From Candidatus Pacebacteria bacterium CG_4_9_14_0_2_um_filter_40_15 (lineage in GTDB: Bacteria > Patescibacteriota > Microgenomatia > UBA1400 > PJMF01), in the NCBI GenBank assembly GCA_002788675.1, contig PFRS01000001.1, forward strand, positions 234,706 to 298,705: a DNA stretch of 64,000 nt. Reading direction: 5' to 3'. Under the pieces are notes generated by a model. That model searched no databases. It was not told the DNA's origin and saw nothing but the letters and a program-made list of their open reading frames with translations. Below are positions 19,785-29,188 of this stretch, one piece after another; position 1 is the stretch's first letter, and every line of letters begins with the position of its first letter. The translations under genes were made by a program, and so were the position numbers.

Positions 19785-20111
19785 AGCGTCTCCTATAAAT
19801 GAAACTGTGTAATTAGATTAAATTATTTATTAACCTCCCTTTTTGTTTTTTTTCATTAAGTCAGCTGATTTTCTATCACTTTATACAGAAATGAGAAAAA
19901 AACAGCTGACTCCAAAAAAACAAATATTTGTATTTTTAACTTGTTAAAGACACCCATCCTCCGCATTAAAAAAAGCCACGAGGGCTTAGCAATGCATTGA
20001 ATGAGGTGATTGCATTTGCACAAAAAAATGAGCAAACACAATAGTCTGGGGATTGTATCAAAAAAAGCCTAGTTTGTCAACTATAGGACTTAGTATGAAG
20101 GTGTACCGAGA

Positions 20112-21986
20112 TCAGCGAGCCAAAGCCCCACTAATACCATACTGGCGAAGCACCTGGGCAACGCCCTGTTCAATAGTAGGCTGCACAGCTGAAGCTTTCT
20201 TTCCAGAGGTAACCATAGCATTAATGCCGTCTTGGTAGTATTTAATGATTTGGTCATTAATACCATTATCATGAGTATTGCTACTGAGATACCAACCATC
20301 AGCAAATGGCGCATCCTCAAGGTATGGAGCAATTAACTCATTATCGGCAAGATCTGCAGACATATCCATTCGTGGATACAGTTCACCAAAGCCACGGACT
20401 TTACTGGCTGCATCATAGAATTTTTCAAGCGTTTCTTTCTTAGAAATATACTTTAGGAAAGCGGCGGCAGCATCTTGGTTTTTGCTCTTGGCATTAATAC
20501 CCTCTGCCCAGAAACTTCCCCAAGTAAGTTGATCTTCAATAACAGGTACGTTGGTAACCCCAAAGTCTAAATCTGGATTTTGAGCCAACAGCTCATGAAT
20601 TCTCCAAGAAGGGACTATGATCATAGCAACTTCTTCTCGACCAAAAGCTGCAGTTGAATCTGGTAATTCAGAACTCCAGACATTATCGGTAGTTTGGAAA
20701 CTGGTGTAGAAACTGAGTGCATCGGCAACTTCTTGGCTACTGGTATCAGTCAGGGTAGCGCCATTTTGAAGCATAAGTAATCCAAGAATATCTGAGAAGT
20801 TATCAACGTTTTCGGCATTTCCTAAAGCAATTCCACCTCGAGAAATCTTGCCATCACTTCCTTTAATAACTAATTTTACAGCTGCTTCCTTTACACCTGC
20901 CCAAGTACTAGGAACTGGTAAACCAGCTGTAGTAAACATGTCTTTGTTATAAAGAAGAGCCAGCCCTTCATACATCATAGGAATACCGACATACTGTCCG
21001 TTTGCTTGCAGTTGTTTAGCTGCAACTGGATAGTAGGTGGTTTTATACTCGGCCGCACTCATTACAGAGTTTGGAATTGGTTTTAGTTCACCAAGCAATA
21101 TTGGTGTCCAACTTGCGTGGAATCTAAATACATCTGGGCCATTGCCGCTTGAGATAGCAGTTTGGAGACGTTCGCGATAATTTAAGTGAGATTGTTTGCT
21201 ATAAGAAACTTTTACACCTGGATTTTCTGTTTCGAACTCTTTGATCACTTCATTCATAACTTCAGAAGGTTCCCAGAGGCCCCAATATTCAATGGTAGTC
21301 TGTTCTCCTGGTACAACTTCTCTATTTGCAGTAGTTTTACCAGAAGTATCTGTAGTTTTTTGAGTTGTTGAACCTGTACTAGAACTACTAGATCCTCGCA
21401 TGAACATAAAGGCTATGCCACCAATTAGACCGAGTACAACAAGGACAATGACTCCAATAATGGCATACTTTGCCATTGGTTTTTCAACAGAAGCAAATTT
21501 AGGTTTAGCACCTGCTGCGGGTGGCTTTGCACCTGGAGCTGCTGGGGTTCCTGGTTGAGGTGGAGCTGATCCGGGTCCAGACATTACTTTTGGAGGAGAG
21601 GCGGGTGTTTGTGGTGGCATTTGTGCAGCTGTTTTTTGGGCTGCAGCAAGCGCACTAGGATCTGCAGGAATTGCGGTTACGTTATTTTTTGGAATTTGAG
21701 TACTATTCATTGATGAAAGTGCAGACAATGACTTTTGCGGTAATGCTTGAGCAGTTGGTGCTAACACGGTAGGTGCTGCAACTGGTGCTGCTTGAGGTGG
21801 TTGTGGCGCTCTTGGAGGCTGGGGTGCTTGAGGAGCAACTGGTTGAACTGGAGCAGTCACAGGTGGCACCGTTGGCCCTTGTGGCGGAGTTCCACCAACT
21901 TGTGGATTTTGTGGGACTGATGGTTTAGGCAGTGGTGTGTTCATGTGTGCTTTTGATTCTATTTGACGCTGTTCTATACAAATCAA
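20112..21986 (-). CDS. Extracellular solute-binding protein (family 1, sugar ABC-type) with Pro/Ala/Gln-rich N-terminal extension and TM anchor
   Basis: About 180 aa of PPQAP-type low complexity, a TM (YAIIGVIVLVVLGLIGGIAFMF), then a MalE-like SBP domain. No permease or ATPase genes adjacent. Confidence 0.6.
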   Translation of the reverse strand: MICIEQRQIESKAHMNTPLPKPSVPQNPQVGGTPPQGPTVPPVTAPVQPVAPQAPQPPRAPQPPQAAPVAAPTVLAPTAQALPQKSLSALSSMNSTQIPKNNVTAIPADPSALAAAQKTAAQMPPQTPASPPKVMSGPGSAPPQPGTPAAPGAKPPAAGAKPKFASVEKPMAKYAIIGVIVLVVLGLIGGIAFMFMRGSSSSSTGSTTQKTTDTSGKTTANREVVPGEQTTIEYWGLWEPSEVMNEVIKEFETENPGVKVSYSKQSHLNYRERLQTAISSGNGPDVFRFHASWTPILLGELKPIPNSVMSAAEYKTTYYPVAAKQLQANGQYVGIPMMYEGLALLYNKDMFTTAGLPVPSTWAGVKEAAVKLVIKGSDGKISRGGIALGNAENVDNFSDILGLLMLQNGATLTDTSSQEVADALSFYTSFQTTDNVWSSELPDSTAAFGREEVAMIIVPSWRIHELLAQNPDLDFGVTNVPVIEDQLTWGSFWAEGINAKSKNQDAAAAFLKYISKKETLEKFYDAASKVRGFGELYPRMDMSADLADNELIAPYLEDAPFADGWYLSSNTHDNGINDQIIKYYQDGINAMVTSGKKASAVQPTIEQGVAQVLRQYGISGALAR

Positions 21987-22211
21987 AAAGAAATGCTGCT
22001 ATATAGAGTGCATTCTCTGTTTATAATAGCATATAGGAGAGGTGATTCGAAACAAGAAAATGAATAGTATTAGGATAATTTTCTCGCCTACTATCGTCAG
22101 GTCGCTAAAATCATCCTAATACTATTCACAATGTAGTAGCTGCACTATTAACGGCAGGCCAAGAAAAACATCTTCATAGTTTGTACTGATATAATAGTAC
22201 TGATTGCACTA

Positions 22212-24026
22212 ATGAATACTGAAACAGAAAATACCAAACACTCAGTTGCTGAGATGCTCATAGGATCGGGCTTGTCTTGGCAGAGATGGGTGGTGTTAAT
22301 TGTTACTGCCTCAGTTGCACTTGTGGTTGCAGGTCTAATACTTCTCGATAAAAGCCTACAAGATAAGATTCAACCAAATACTTCGATCGACGGTGTTGCT
22401 ATTGGAGGGCTCACCAATGAAGAAGCTACAAATCTACTTCAAGAATCAATGCAAGCTGTTCCTCAAGAAACAGTAACCCTCCAAGTTGATGATATAAAAA
22501 TTGCTTCAACGAGTGCTGAATTAGGCTTGACTAAAAACACAGCCTATTTACTTGAGGTTGCGCAACTACATGGAAAAGATGATTCCTTTATTAAGCGCTT
22601 AACCATTTTAATAAAAAGTCTTACTACACCAACAATGTTGCATTCAGACTATACATTTGATACAGAAAAAATTACCACCTTTATTTCTCTACTCGATTCA
22701 AAAGTCGCAATTGAAGGTAAAGAACCATCGGTCTCTCTCCGCTACAGTGGTAATCCCCAATCTGTAACTGTCTTTGAAGGAAAAATCGGGCGAGCAATTG
22801 AGATAGAACTAACAACTGAGCGACTTCTCCAAGCAATTTCTGCAGAAACCTACACCGCAGACGCAAAAGTTGCCTCAACCAGCTCCGAGCTTTCAAAAGA
22901 TGAAAGTATTCTTTTTGAGAACTTTGCTCGAAATTATGTTGGTAAGTCAATTAATTTAGACTATTCAAAGGACACAACACTTCAGTTACTAGATACGGAT
23001 ATTGTGTCAATTCTGGACTATCCAGCAAAAGTGTCCCAAATTAGACTTGCTGAAATCATCTCTAATTGGGCTAAAGAGGTAGATAGAGATCCTCAAGACG
23101 CAACCTTTACCTACAACACCGAAACATTTGAGGTAACTGAGTTTGCTCCACATCGAGAAGGACGCGCGCTTCAACAAGATGAACTCTTACAACAACTTAT
23201 TCCAAAGATTGAAGAACAAGCACAAAGTGAAGAAACTGTCATAACAGCATCACTTCCAGTAGAAATTGTAGAACCCACCTATACTTTACAAAAAACAAAT
23301 GCCATTGGCATTTCAGAACGAATTGGATTTGGAGAAAGCTACTACCATCACAGTATTCCAACTAGAATCAACAATGTTGCCGTCACAGCCAAACGAATAA
23401 ACAATACCTTAGTTGCTCCTGGTGAAGAGTTCTCATTTAACAAAACGCTCGGTGAAGTCTCAAAAGCAACTGGCTTTCAGCCTGCATATGTTATTACTAA
23501 CGGAAAAACTGAGCTCGGTGACGGAGGCGGTGTCTGCCAAGTAAGCTCTACCCTCTTTAGATCACTCCTTGATGCCGGCTTACACATTACAAAACGGCTT
23601 CCCCACAGCTATCGAGTGAGTTACTATGAATTGAACTCTGACCCTGGTTTTGATGCCACTGTGTACTCTGGAAACGTCGATTTACGTTTTATTAATGACA
23701 CAGAAAACTATGTTTTAGTTCATACGAGCAACGATCCAGAAGATTTGCACTTAACTGTTGAACTCTATGGCACCAGTGATGGTCGCACCAGCGAAATTTC
23801 CGACTATGAAAAATGGGGTGCTACCCCTGCTCTCCCAACTGAATATATCGAAGATCCCTCACTTCCTGTAGGCGTAAAAAAGCAAGTTGACTGGGCTGTT
23901 TCAGGCCTGAAAGCTAAATTCACCCACACTGTCTGGGACAAAGATGGAAATGAACTCTACAAAAACACCTACACCTCGACCTACAGACCTTGGTCTGCAA
24001 AATATTTAGTGGGTACAAAACAATAG
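22212..24026 (+). CDS. VanW-family protein
   Basis: N-terminal TM; conserved VanW block (GFGESYYHHS..VTAKRINNTLVAPGEEFSFNKTLGE...GDGGGVCQVSSTLFRSLLDAGL). Confidence 0.75.
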   Translation: MNTETENTKHSVAEMLIGSGLSWQRWVVLIVTASVALVVAGLILLDKSLQDKIQPNTSIDGVAIGGLTNEEATNLLQESMQAVPQETVTLQVDDIKIASTSAELGLTKNTAYLLEVAQLHGKDDSFIKRLTILIKSLTTPTMLHSDYTFDTEKITTFISLLDSKVAIEGKEPSVSLRYSGNPQSVTVFEGKIGRAIEIELTTERLLQAISAETYTADAKVASTSSELSKDESILFENFARNYVGKSINLDYSKDTTLQLLDTDIVSILDYPAKVSQIRLAEIISNWAKEVDRDPQDATFTYNTETFEVTEFAPHREGRALQQDELLQQLIPKIEEQAQSEETVITASLPVEIVEPTYTLQKTNAIGISERIGFGESYYHHSIPTRINNVAVTAKRINNTLVAPGEEFSFNKTLGEVSKATGFQPAYVITNGKTELGDGGGVCQVSSTLFRSLLDAGLHITKRLPHSYRVSYYELNSDPGFDATVYSGNVDLRFINDTENYVLVHTSNDPEDLHLTVELYGTSDGRTSEISDYEKWGATPALPTEYIEDPSLPVGVKKQVDWAVSGLKAKFTHTVWDKDGNELYKNTYTSTYRPWSAKYLVGTKQ

Positions 24027-24115
24027 TTTTTTTGACTTTCTTTCTTGGGTTTGCGGTAAAAATTCTGGAATGATGCGGTAATAAAACCCCAGCACTTTTT
24101 GACGTGTAGACGGCA

Positions 24116-24145
24116 AATGACCCAGACAGTATGTCTGGGTCATTA
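24116..24145. terminator. Perfect 13-bp hairpin between convergent genes
   Basis: aatgacccagaca-gtat-tgtctgggtcatt; weak U-tract. Confidence 0.45.
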
Positions 24146-24158
24146 CAAATTAACCATA

Positions 24159-24710
24159 TTATTTCTTGAATGTGTTGCTAATATTTTCCTTTGCCTTGCG
24201 GAAAAGGAAAACAGCACCAACATACAAGGACCATTCTAAAACAAATACTAAAATGCCCCAGAGAAGACCCCCTCCTATAGCAAATCCTGTGGGCAAAATA
24301 AAACTTGTTACAACAGCGTTTAGAAGCGTGTTGTAGTTGGGATTATTTTGTTGGGCCTGATGGTGCAGTTCCAACACAAATCCAAAAGAAGAAAGGACTG
24401 CAGCATACACAAGCGCCCCTGAAATAAACTCCGCATCGGGGTTGCCAGTTGCAGCTAGCCCAAACAAATACAGGAAACCTGCAGCAATTATGGCGAAGAT
24501 AACGCCTTTAAAAGCTTTAAAGTTCCACAGTACAAAGGCTGGGACAGCAATCATGCCAATCCCAAAAACTAATAAAACATTCCAGTTAGTAAAGATATAC
24601 TCACTAAAAGGAATATCTCCATAATACCAAGCTGCGCCAAGCACTGCTAATACGAGCAGGCCAATCACAATTGGCAGAATTAAGAACTGTCTTTGATTTT
24701 CATTCAACAT
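24159..24710 (-). CDS. Integral membrane protein (hypothetical)
   Basis: 5-6 TM helices. Start set to the ATG preceded by a strong SD (AAGAGGAGGTATCCC-ATG, MLNENQRQ) rather than the longer ORF-track start at 24776. Confidence 0.5.
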   Translation of the reverse strand: MLNENQRQFLILPIVIGLLVLAVLGAAWYYGDIPFSEYIFTNWNVLLVFGIGMIAVPAFVLWNFKAFKGVIFAIIAAGFLYLFGLAATGNPDAEFISGALVYAAVLSSFGFVLELHHQAQQNNPNYNTLLNAVVTSFILPTGFAIGGGLLWGILVFVLEWSLYVGAVFLFRKAKENISNTFKK

Positions 24711-24874
24711 GGGATACCTCCTCTTAGTTGAGTTATGTGGATGGTTAATTTTAAGGTTGAATCCCCTCCCCCACACAAGACGTGCGGCTTCAGAGATAAT
24801 ACATTATTATCCCATAACATGGACTAAAATACTAGACGTAATACTATCAAACCACAACACACTATTGACAAAAT

Positions 24875-24903
24875 AGCTTTTCTATAGGATAATATCCAAC
24901 AGT
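24875..24903 (+). promoter_or_regulatory. Sigma70-like promoter for valS leader
   Basis: TTGACA (24875-24880), 17-nt spacer, GATAAT (24898-24903). Confidence 0.4.
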
Positions 24904-24954
24904 TAACAGAGCTTTGTGTTTTCACAATAGTTTTGTTCCACTGAGAACCTGGCG

Positions 24955-25034
24955 TTCTCCCGGGTGGGACAAACGTGAAAATAACAATTCTTCTGATAAA
25001 GGCCGGGTTCTTTTGAACCTGGCCTTAACTATTT
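24955..25034 (+). promoter_or_regulatory. valS 5' leader with mutually exclusive hairpins (attenuator or T-box-like)
   Basis: Segment ggccgggttc (25011-25020) can pair with gaacctggc (24955-24963) or with gaacctggcc (25025-25034). The GGGTGGGAC motif (24972-24980) resembles the T-box core GGGUGGNACC. Confidence 0.3.
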
Positions 25035-25095
25035 ATAGACCCTTTTCCCTATTTCAAATTCATTTACTCCCTCGAGTGTGATAGAATAACACTCT

Positions 25096-27345
25096 ATGGA
25101 AACACGATACAACTTCACCCAAACAGAGAAAGAAATCTATGCGTTGTGGGAAAAAGCAGGTGCTTTTAACCCAGATACAGTTGTCGTCTCTCCAGATAGA
25201 GATCCTCAAGAAAAAAAACATTTTTCAATTATTATGCCGCCTCCAAATGCCAATGACCCTTTGCACGTAGGCCATGCTCTTTTTGTAACTATCGAAGATA
25301 TTCTTATTCGCTATCACCGCATGCTAGGTGAAGATACACTCTGGCTACCAGGAACAGATCACGCTGGAATTGAAACACAGTTTGTCTTTGAAAAAAAATT
25401 GCAAAAGAATAAGCAAAGCCGTTTCGATTTTGATCGTTCCACCCTCTATTCAATGATTTGGGACTATGTACAAGAGAACTCTGGTATTGCTGTTGAACAA
25501 ATTAAACAGCTTGGCGCCAGTGCAGACTGGAGTCGGTACACCTTCACGCTCGACGAAAAAGTCGTTGAAGATGTATTAGAAACATTCAAAAACCTTCATA
25601 AAGATGGCCTGGTCTATCGAGACTTTCGGCTAGTAAACTACTGTACAAAGTGTGGAACCAGCTATTCAGAACTCGAGGTAGATCATATTGATTCGACTTC
25701 TCCGCTCTACTATGTTAAGTACCCATTTATCGATACTGAAGAAGAATTCATCACAGTAGCTACTGTTCGTCCTGAACCAATTTTTGCTGATACACATTTA
25801 GCCGTGAACCCAACTGACAAAAAACATGCCTATCTAGTAGGCAAACAGGTTAAAAACCCCCTTACTGGTGAGACTATGACAATCATCGCTGATGAGTACG
25901 TTGACCCTGAATTTGGGACAGGTATCGTCAAACTCACTCCTGCACATGATCCAAATGACTTTGAAATTGCTAAAAAGTACGATTTACCAATCAATATTGC
26001 TATTACTCCACAGGGAAAATTAACCGATATAGCGGGTAAATTTGCCGGACTTTCAGTAGTGAATGGTCGAAAAGAAATAGTTGCCTATCTAGAAGAACAA
26101 GGCTACATTGACCACGTTGATACCAAATACCAAAATCGTATTGGCATTTGCTATAGATGTAAGCGCCCAATCGAACCACTCCCCCTTCCTCAGTTTTTCA
26201 TTAAAGTAAATGATGATGAAACGAGTTTAGTCGGAAATGCACTCAAAGCTCTTGATTCAGGTGAAACCAAAATTCATGGGGCTGGCCGAGAAAAGATTCT
26301 CAGACACTGGCTTAATTCCTTGAAAGATTGGAATATTTCACGCCAAATTGTTTGGGGAATTGGTATTCCCGTTTGGTATCCAATTGAAGGTAATGAATCA
26401 AAGATTACAGTAGGCTTTTTGAATACTGACAAAAAATTCATTCAGGGCACGCTTGAAACACTACTAGAAGAAAACACTCTAGAAGAAATTAAAGCAGGAA
26501 TTCAAACCGTTTTAGCAGATGCTTCTCTCGAGTACATCGTGAGCACCACTCCTCCATCAGATGGGCTGTGGATTCAAGAGACAGACACCTTTGACACCTG
26601 GTTTAGTTCTGCACAGTGGCCAGTAGTTACTCTTAAGAATACAAAGCCTGGTGATTTTGAACGATTTTATCCAACATCAGTCATGGAAACAGGCTACGAC
26701 ATTCTCCCCTTTTGGGTGATGAGAATGATGCTTTTGGGCATCTACAGTACCGGAAAATCACCTTTTTCGGACGTGTACTTACATGGCTTGGTCAGAGACG
26801 CAAAAGGCAATAAAATGAGCAAAAGTAAAGGTAATGTTATTAATCCTCTTGAGGTTGTAGCAGAATACGGAGCTGACTCTCTTAGAATGGCTCTCGTTAT
26901 TAGAAGTACCCCAGGACAAGATAAATCTGTTGGGGAGCCAGATTTCAAAGCCATGCGCAATTTTGGCAATAAAATTTGGAATGCATCTCGATTTGCACTC
27001 CTTTCTCACGATCCAAAAAGCACCGAGGCACAAAACGATGCTGAGTTCTATAAGAAATTAGCTGATGTTGTGGCTGAAAGCAGTTCTCTTCTCGAGAAAT
27101 TACAGGTTGGCCTAGCTGCTGATTATATCTACAATGAGTTCTGGCACTGGTTCTGCGATACTAGTATCGAAGAACAAAAAGCTGGAACGCTCTCCTCTAC
27201 CGCCATTCTTGAAGGAATTGTTACATTCATGAAGCTTCTCCATCCATTTATGCCATTCGTTACTGAATCAATTTGGCAAGAATTACATTCAGAAAAGCTG
27301 GTTGATTCAGAAGCATTAATAACGACGCCGTGGCCTGCTATCTAG
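25096..27345 (+). CDS. valS: Valine--tRNA ligase (short form lacking long C-terminal coiled coil)
   Basis: HIGH region MPPPNANDPLHVGHAL; KMSKSKGN; editing (CP1) domain present; 749 aa. Confidence 0.9.
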   Translation: METRYNFTQTEKEIYALWEKAGAFNPDTVVVSPDRDPQEKKHFSIIMPPPNANDPLHVGHALFVTIEDILIRYHRMLGEDTLWLPGTDHAGIETQFVFEKKLQKNKQSRFDFDRSTLYSMIWDYVQENSGIAVEQIKQLGASADWSRYTFTLDEKVVEDVLETFKNLHKDGLVYRDFRLVNYCTKCGTSYSELEVDHIDSTSPLYYVKYPFIDTEEEFITVATVRPEPIFADTHLAVNPTDKKHAYLVGKQVKNPLTGETMTIIADEYVDPEFGTGIVKLTPAHDPNDFEIAKKYDLPINIAITPQGKLTDIAGKFAGLSVVNGRKEIVAYLEEQGYIDHVDTKYQNRIGICYRCKRPIEPLPLPQFFIKVNDDETSLVGNALKALDSGETKIHGAGREKILRHWLNSLKDWNISRQIVWGIGIPVWYPIEGNESKITVGFLNTDKKFIQGTLETLLEENTLEEIKAGIQTVLADASLEYIVSTTPPSDGLWIQETDTFDTWFSSAQWPVVTLKNTKPGDFERFYPTSVMETGYDILPFWVMRMMLLGIYSTGKSPFSDVYLHGLVRDAKGNKMSKSKGNVINPLEVVAEYGADSLRMALVIRSTPGQDKSVGEPDFKAMRNFGNKIWNASRFALLSHDPKSTEAQNDAEFYKKLADVVAESSSLLEKLQVGLAADYIYNEFWHWFCDTSIEEQKAGTLSSTAILEGIVTFMKLLHPFMPFVTESIWQELHSEKLVDSEALITTPWPAI

Positions 27346-27368
27346 ATTAAAACAAATTAAAGTAAAAA

Positions 27369-27398
27369 AGGCTCTCGCAATAGAGAGCCTTTTTTTAT
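27369..27398 (+). terminator. Intrinsic terminator after valS
   Basis: ggctctc-gcaata-gagagcc followed by TTTTTTTATTTT. Confidence 0.6.
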
Positions 27399-27756
27399 TT
27401 TCAAAACATCATTATAACTGTGCTGTCCATACATGGTCGTTATGTAACGATTAAGCGTTAATCAAGAAGTAATTAAAACCCAAAAGTAAAATGAAAAAAA
27501 ACATCTGAAAAAAAATAAAGAAATGTCACTTTTAGCTCTATAAAAAGAATATTCAAGGTACTTTCGTTAATTCACCGAAAACAATTTTTTTCTTAACAAT
27601 CTTTCACGTGTCGAGAAATGCTCATACATCGGCATTTTTATCAATCACTAAAGTAACTCATAATAATCACTATAATAGTATATTTCTGCTGCATTCAATC
27701 GAAAATTAAGAGTCTTGAAGTCATAGGTAAATACAGGCATACTATGAAGTACATCT

Positions 27757-28182
27757 ATGAAACCGTTTTTATTACTTATTTTCGAACTACGACTGCTCAT
27801 TCACATCATGTCTTTTGCCTGGGCAATTGCCAAATCTAAACTTGGTAAGCAACGATTTTTATTCATCTTCGTAATAACACTAGTAGCAGTCCTTTCGTTA
27901 ATCTCATTTTTTGTTCTCCCCCACTCATCAAATAAGGAACCAGACCTCGCCTCAGTGCCAGCTCCAAATCATAGTGAGCTCTACATAAAAGAAACATTTT
28001 CTCCTGAGGAAGTAGACAAACAACTCAACTATTGGTTAGATATTCTTGAAACACAACCCTCTCATCGAGATGTACTCATAAATATCTCGCAGCTGTATCG
28101 AGTTCGCGGTGATGAAAGTAAAGCCGTTTATTACTGGGAGCAAGCTAGAAAAGCTGATCCCAACAACATATTGTTTAAATAA
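27757..28182 (+). CDS. Small membrane-anchored protein with one TPR-like motif (hypothetical)
   Basis: TM (FLFIFVITLVAVLSLISFFVL) then an SQLYRVRGDESKAVYYWEQARKADPNN TPR-like helix pair. Confidence 0.3.
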   Translation: MKPFLLLIFELRLLIHIMSFAWAIAKSKLGKQRFLFIFVITLVAVLSLISFFVLPHSSNKEPDLASVPAPNHSELYIKETFSPEEVDKQLNYWLDILETQPSHRDVLINISQLYRVRGDESKAVYYWEQARKADPNNILFK

Positions 28183-28344
28183 ATACCCATATATGGGGTT
28201 ATTTTTACTTTTTAAAATTCCTACTTGCTTAAAGCATAATAACTATATATTATAGGTTTTATTATGAGGGAGTCTGGTGTATTTCAGACTAGATGGTAGA
28301 ATACAGGTACAAACGAAACACTGTAATAGGTAAGGAAAGATTAT

Positions 28345-29019
28345 ATGGGAAATAAAAAAATTGTATTTCACACAAAAGCTCGTGACAAAAAAACTAAGAT
28401 GAACTCATTACGTGTCGGGGGATTTATCCCTGGAAACGTATATGGATTAAGTAAAGAATCAGAGTCTATATTCTGCGAGGCAAACGCTTTTAAAAAGCTG
28501 TATGAAGAAGTAGGGGACACGGGACTTATTTACGTTAAAATTGATGATGCTAAAGAACAACCAGTACTTATTGATGAAGTTTCAGAAATGAGTGTCGGGA
28601 ACAGAGTTCTTCATGTTGCCTTCAAACGTGTTAACTTGAACGTGGCTGTATCAGCAGACGTGCCAATCGAACTTGTTGGTGAAAATGAAGTCAGAGATAC
28701 CATCGTAACTCAAGTTAAACAAGATGTTGAAGTTGAAGCACTTCCACAGAACTTGCCAGAAAAATTCGAAATCGATATCAGTACCCTTACTGAGGTTGGT
28801 CAAACCATTACCTTAGCTGATCTTAAGTTTGATACTTCAAAGATCACTCTTGTTCTTGGTGAAGACGTCGATCCAGAGTCTGAAACAATCGTTGTGCTCC
28901 AACATGTTGCAGTACAAGAAGAGGAAGAGACTGAAGAAACAGCAGCTAGTGAAGAGGCTACAACTGAAAAGGCAGCTGAATCAACCGAAGAAGCTAAATC
29001 AGAAGAAGCTTCAGAATAA
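28345..29019 (+). CDS. rplY: 50S ribosomal protein L25 / general stress protein Ctc form with acidic C-terminal tail
   Basis: N-terminal L25 fold (KARDKKTKMNSLRVGGFIPGNVYG...); acidic EEEETEE tail; SD AAGGAAAG 7 nt upstream. Confidence 0.7.
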   Translation: MGNKKIVFHTKARDKKTKMNSLRVGGFIPGNVYGLSKESESIFCEANAFKKLYEEVGDTGLIYVKIDDAKEQPVLIDEVSEMSVGNRVLHVAFKRVNLNVAVSADVPIELVGENEVRDTIVTQVKQDVEVEALPQNLPEKFEIDISTLTEVGQTITLADLKFDTSKITLVLGEDVDPESETIVVLQHVAVQEEEETEETAASEEATTEKAAESTEEAKSEEASE

Positions 29020-29046
29020 ACTTCTTTTATACAGAAAAAAAGAGAG

Positions 29047-29073
29047 CAGGGCATCCAAAAGATGCCCTGTTTT
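29047..29073. terminator. Intrinsic terminator between convergent rplY and the DUF4012-like gene
   Basis: cagggcatc-caaaa-gatgccctg followed by TTTTTATAGTTTTT. Confidence 0.6.
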
Positions 29074-29188
29074 TATAGTTTTTACTACCATTGTATTAAA
29101 AAAGAGCAATTCAGCGTTACGTTCATGTTATTTTTGTCGTTCTAAGACGTTTAAAACCTTTAAAAAGGGGAGGGGACTGAAGCAACAG

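Noticed and set aside
19785-20111. Small ORFs and a 9-bp inverted repeat (AGTCAGCTG...CAGCTGACT) in the 330-nt spacer
   Set aside because: The ORF translations are low-complexity and hydrophobic with no start context. The repeat has a 35-nt loop and no U-tract. Insufficient evidence for a feature.
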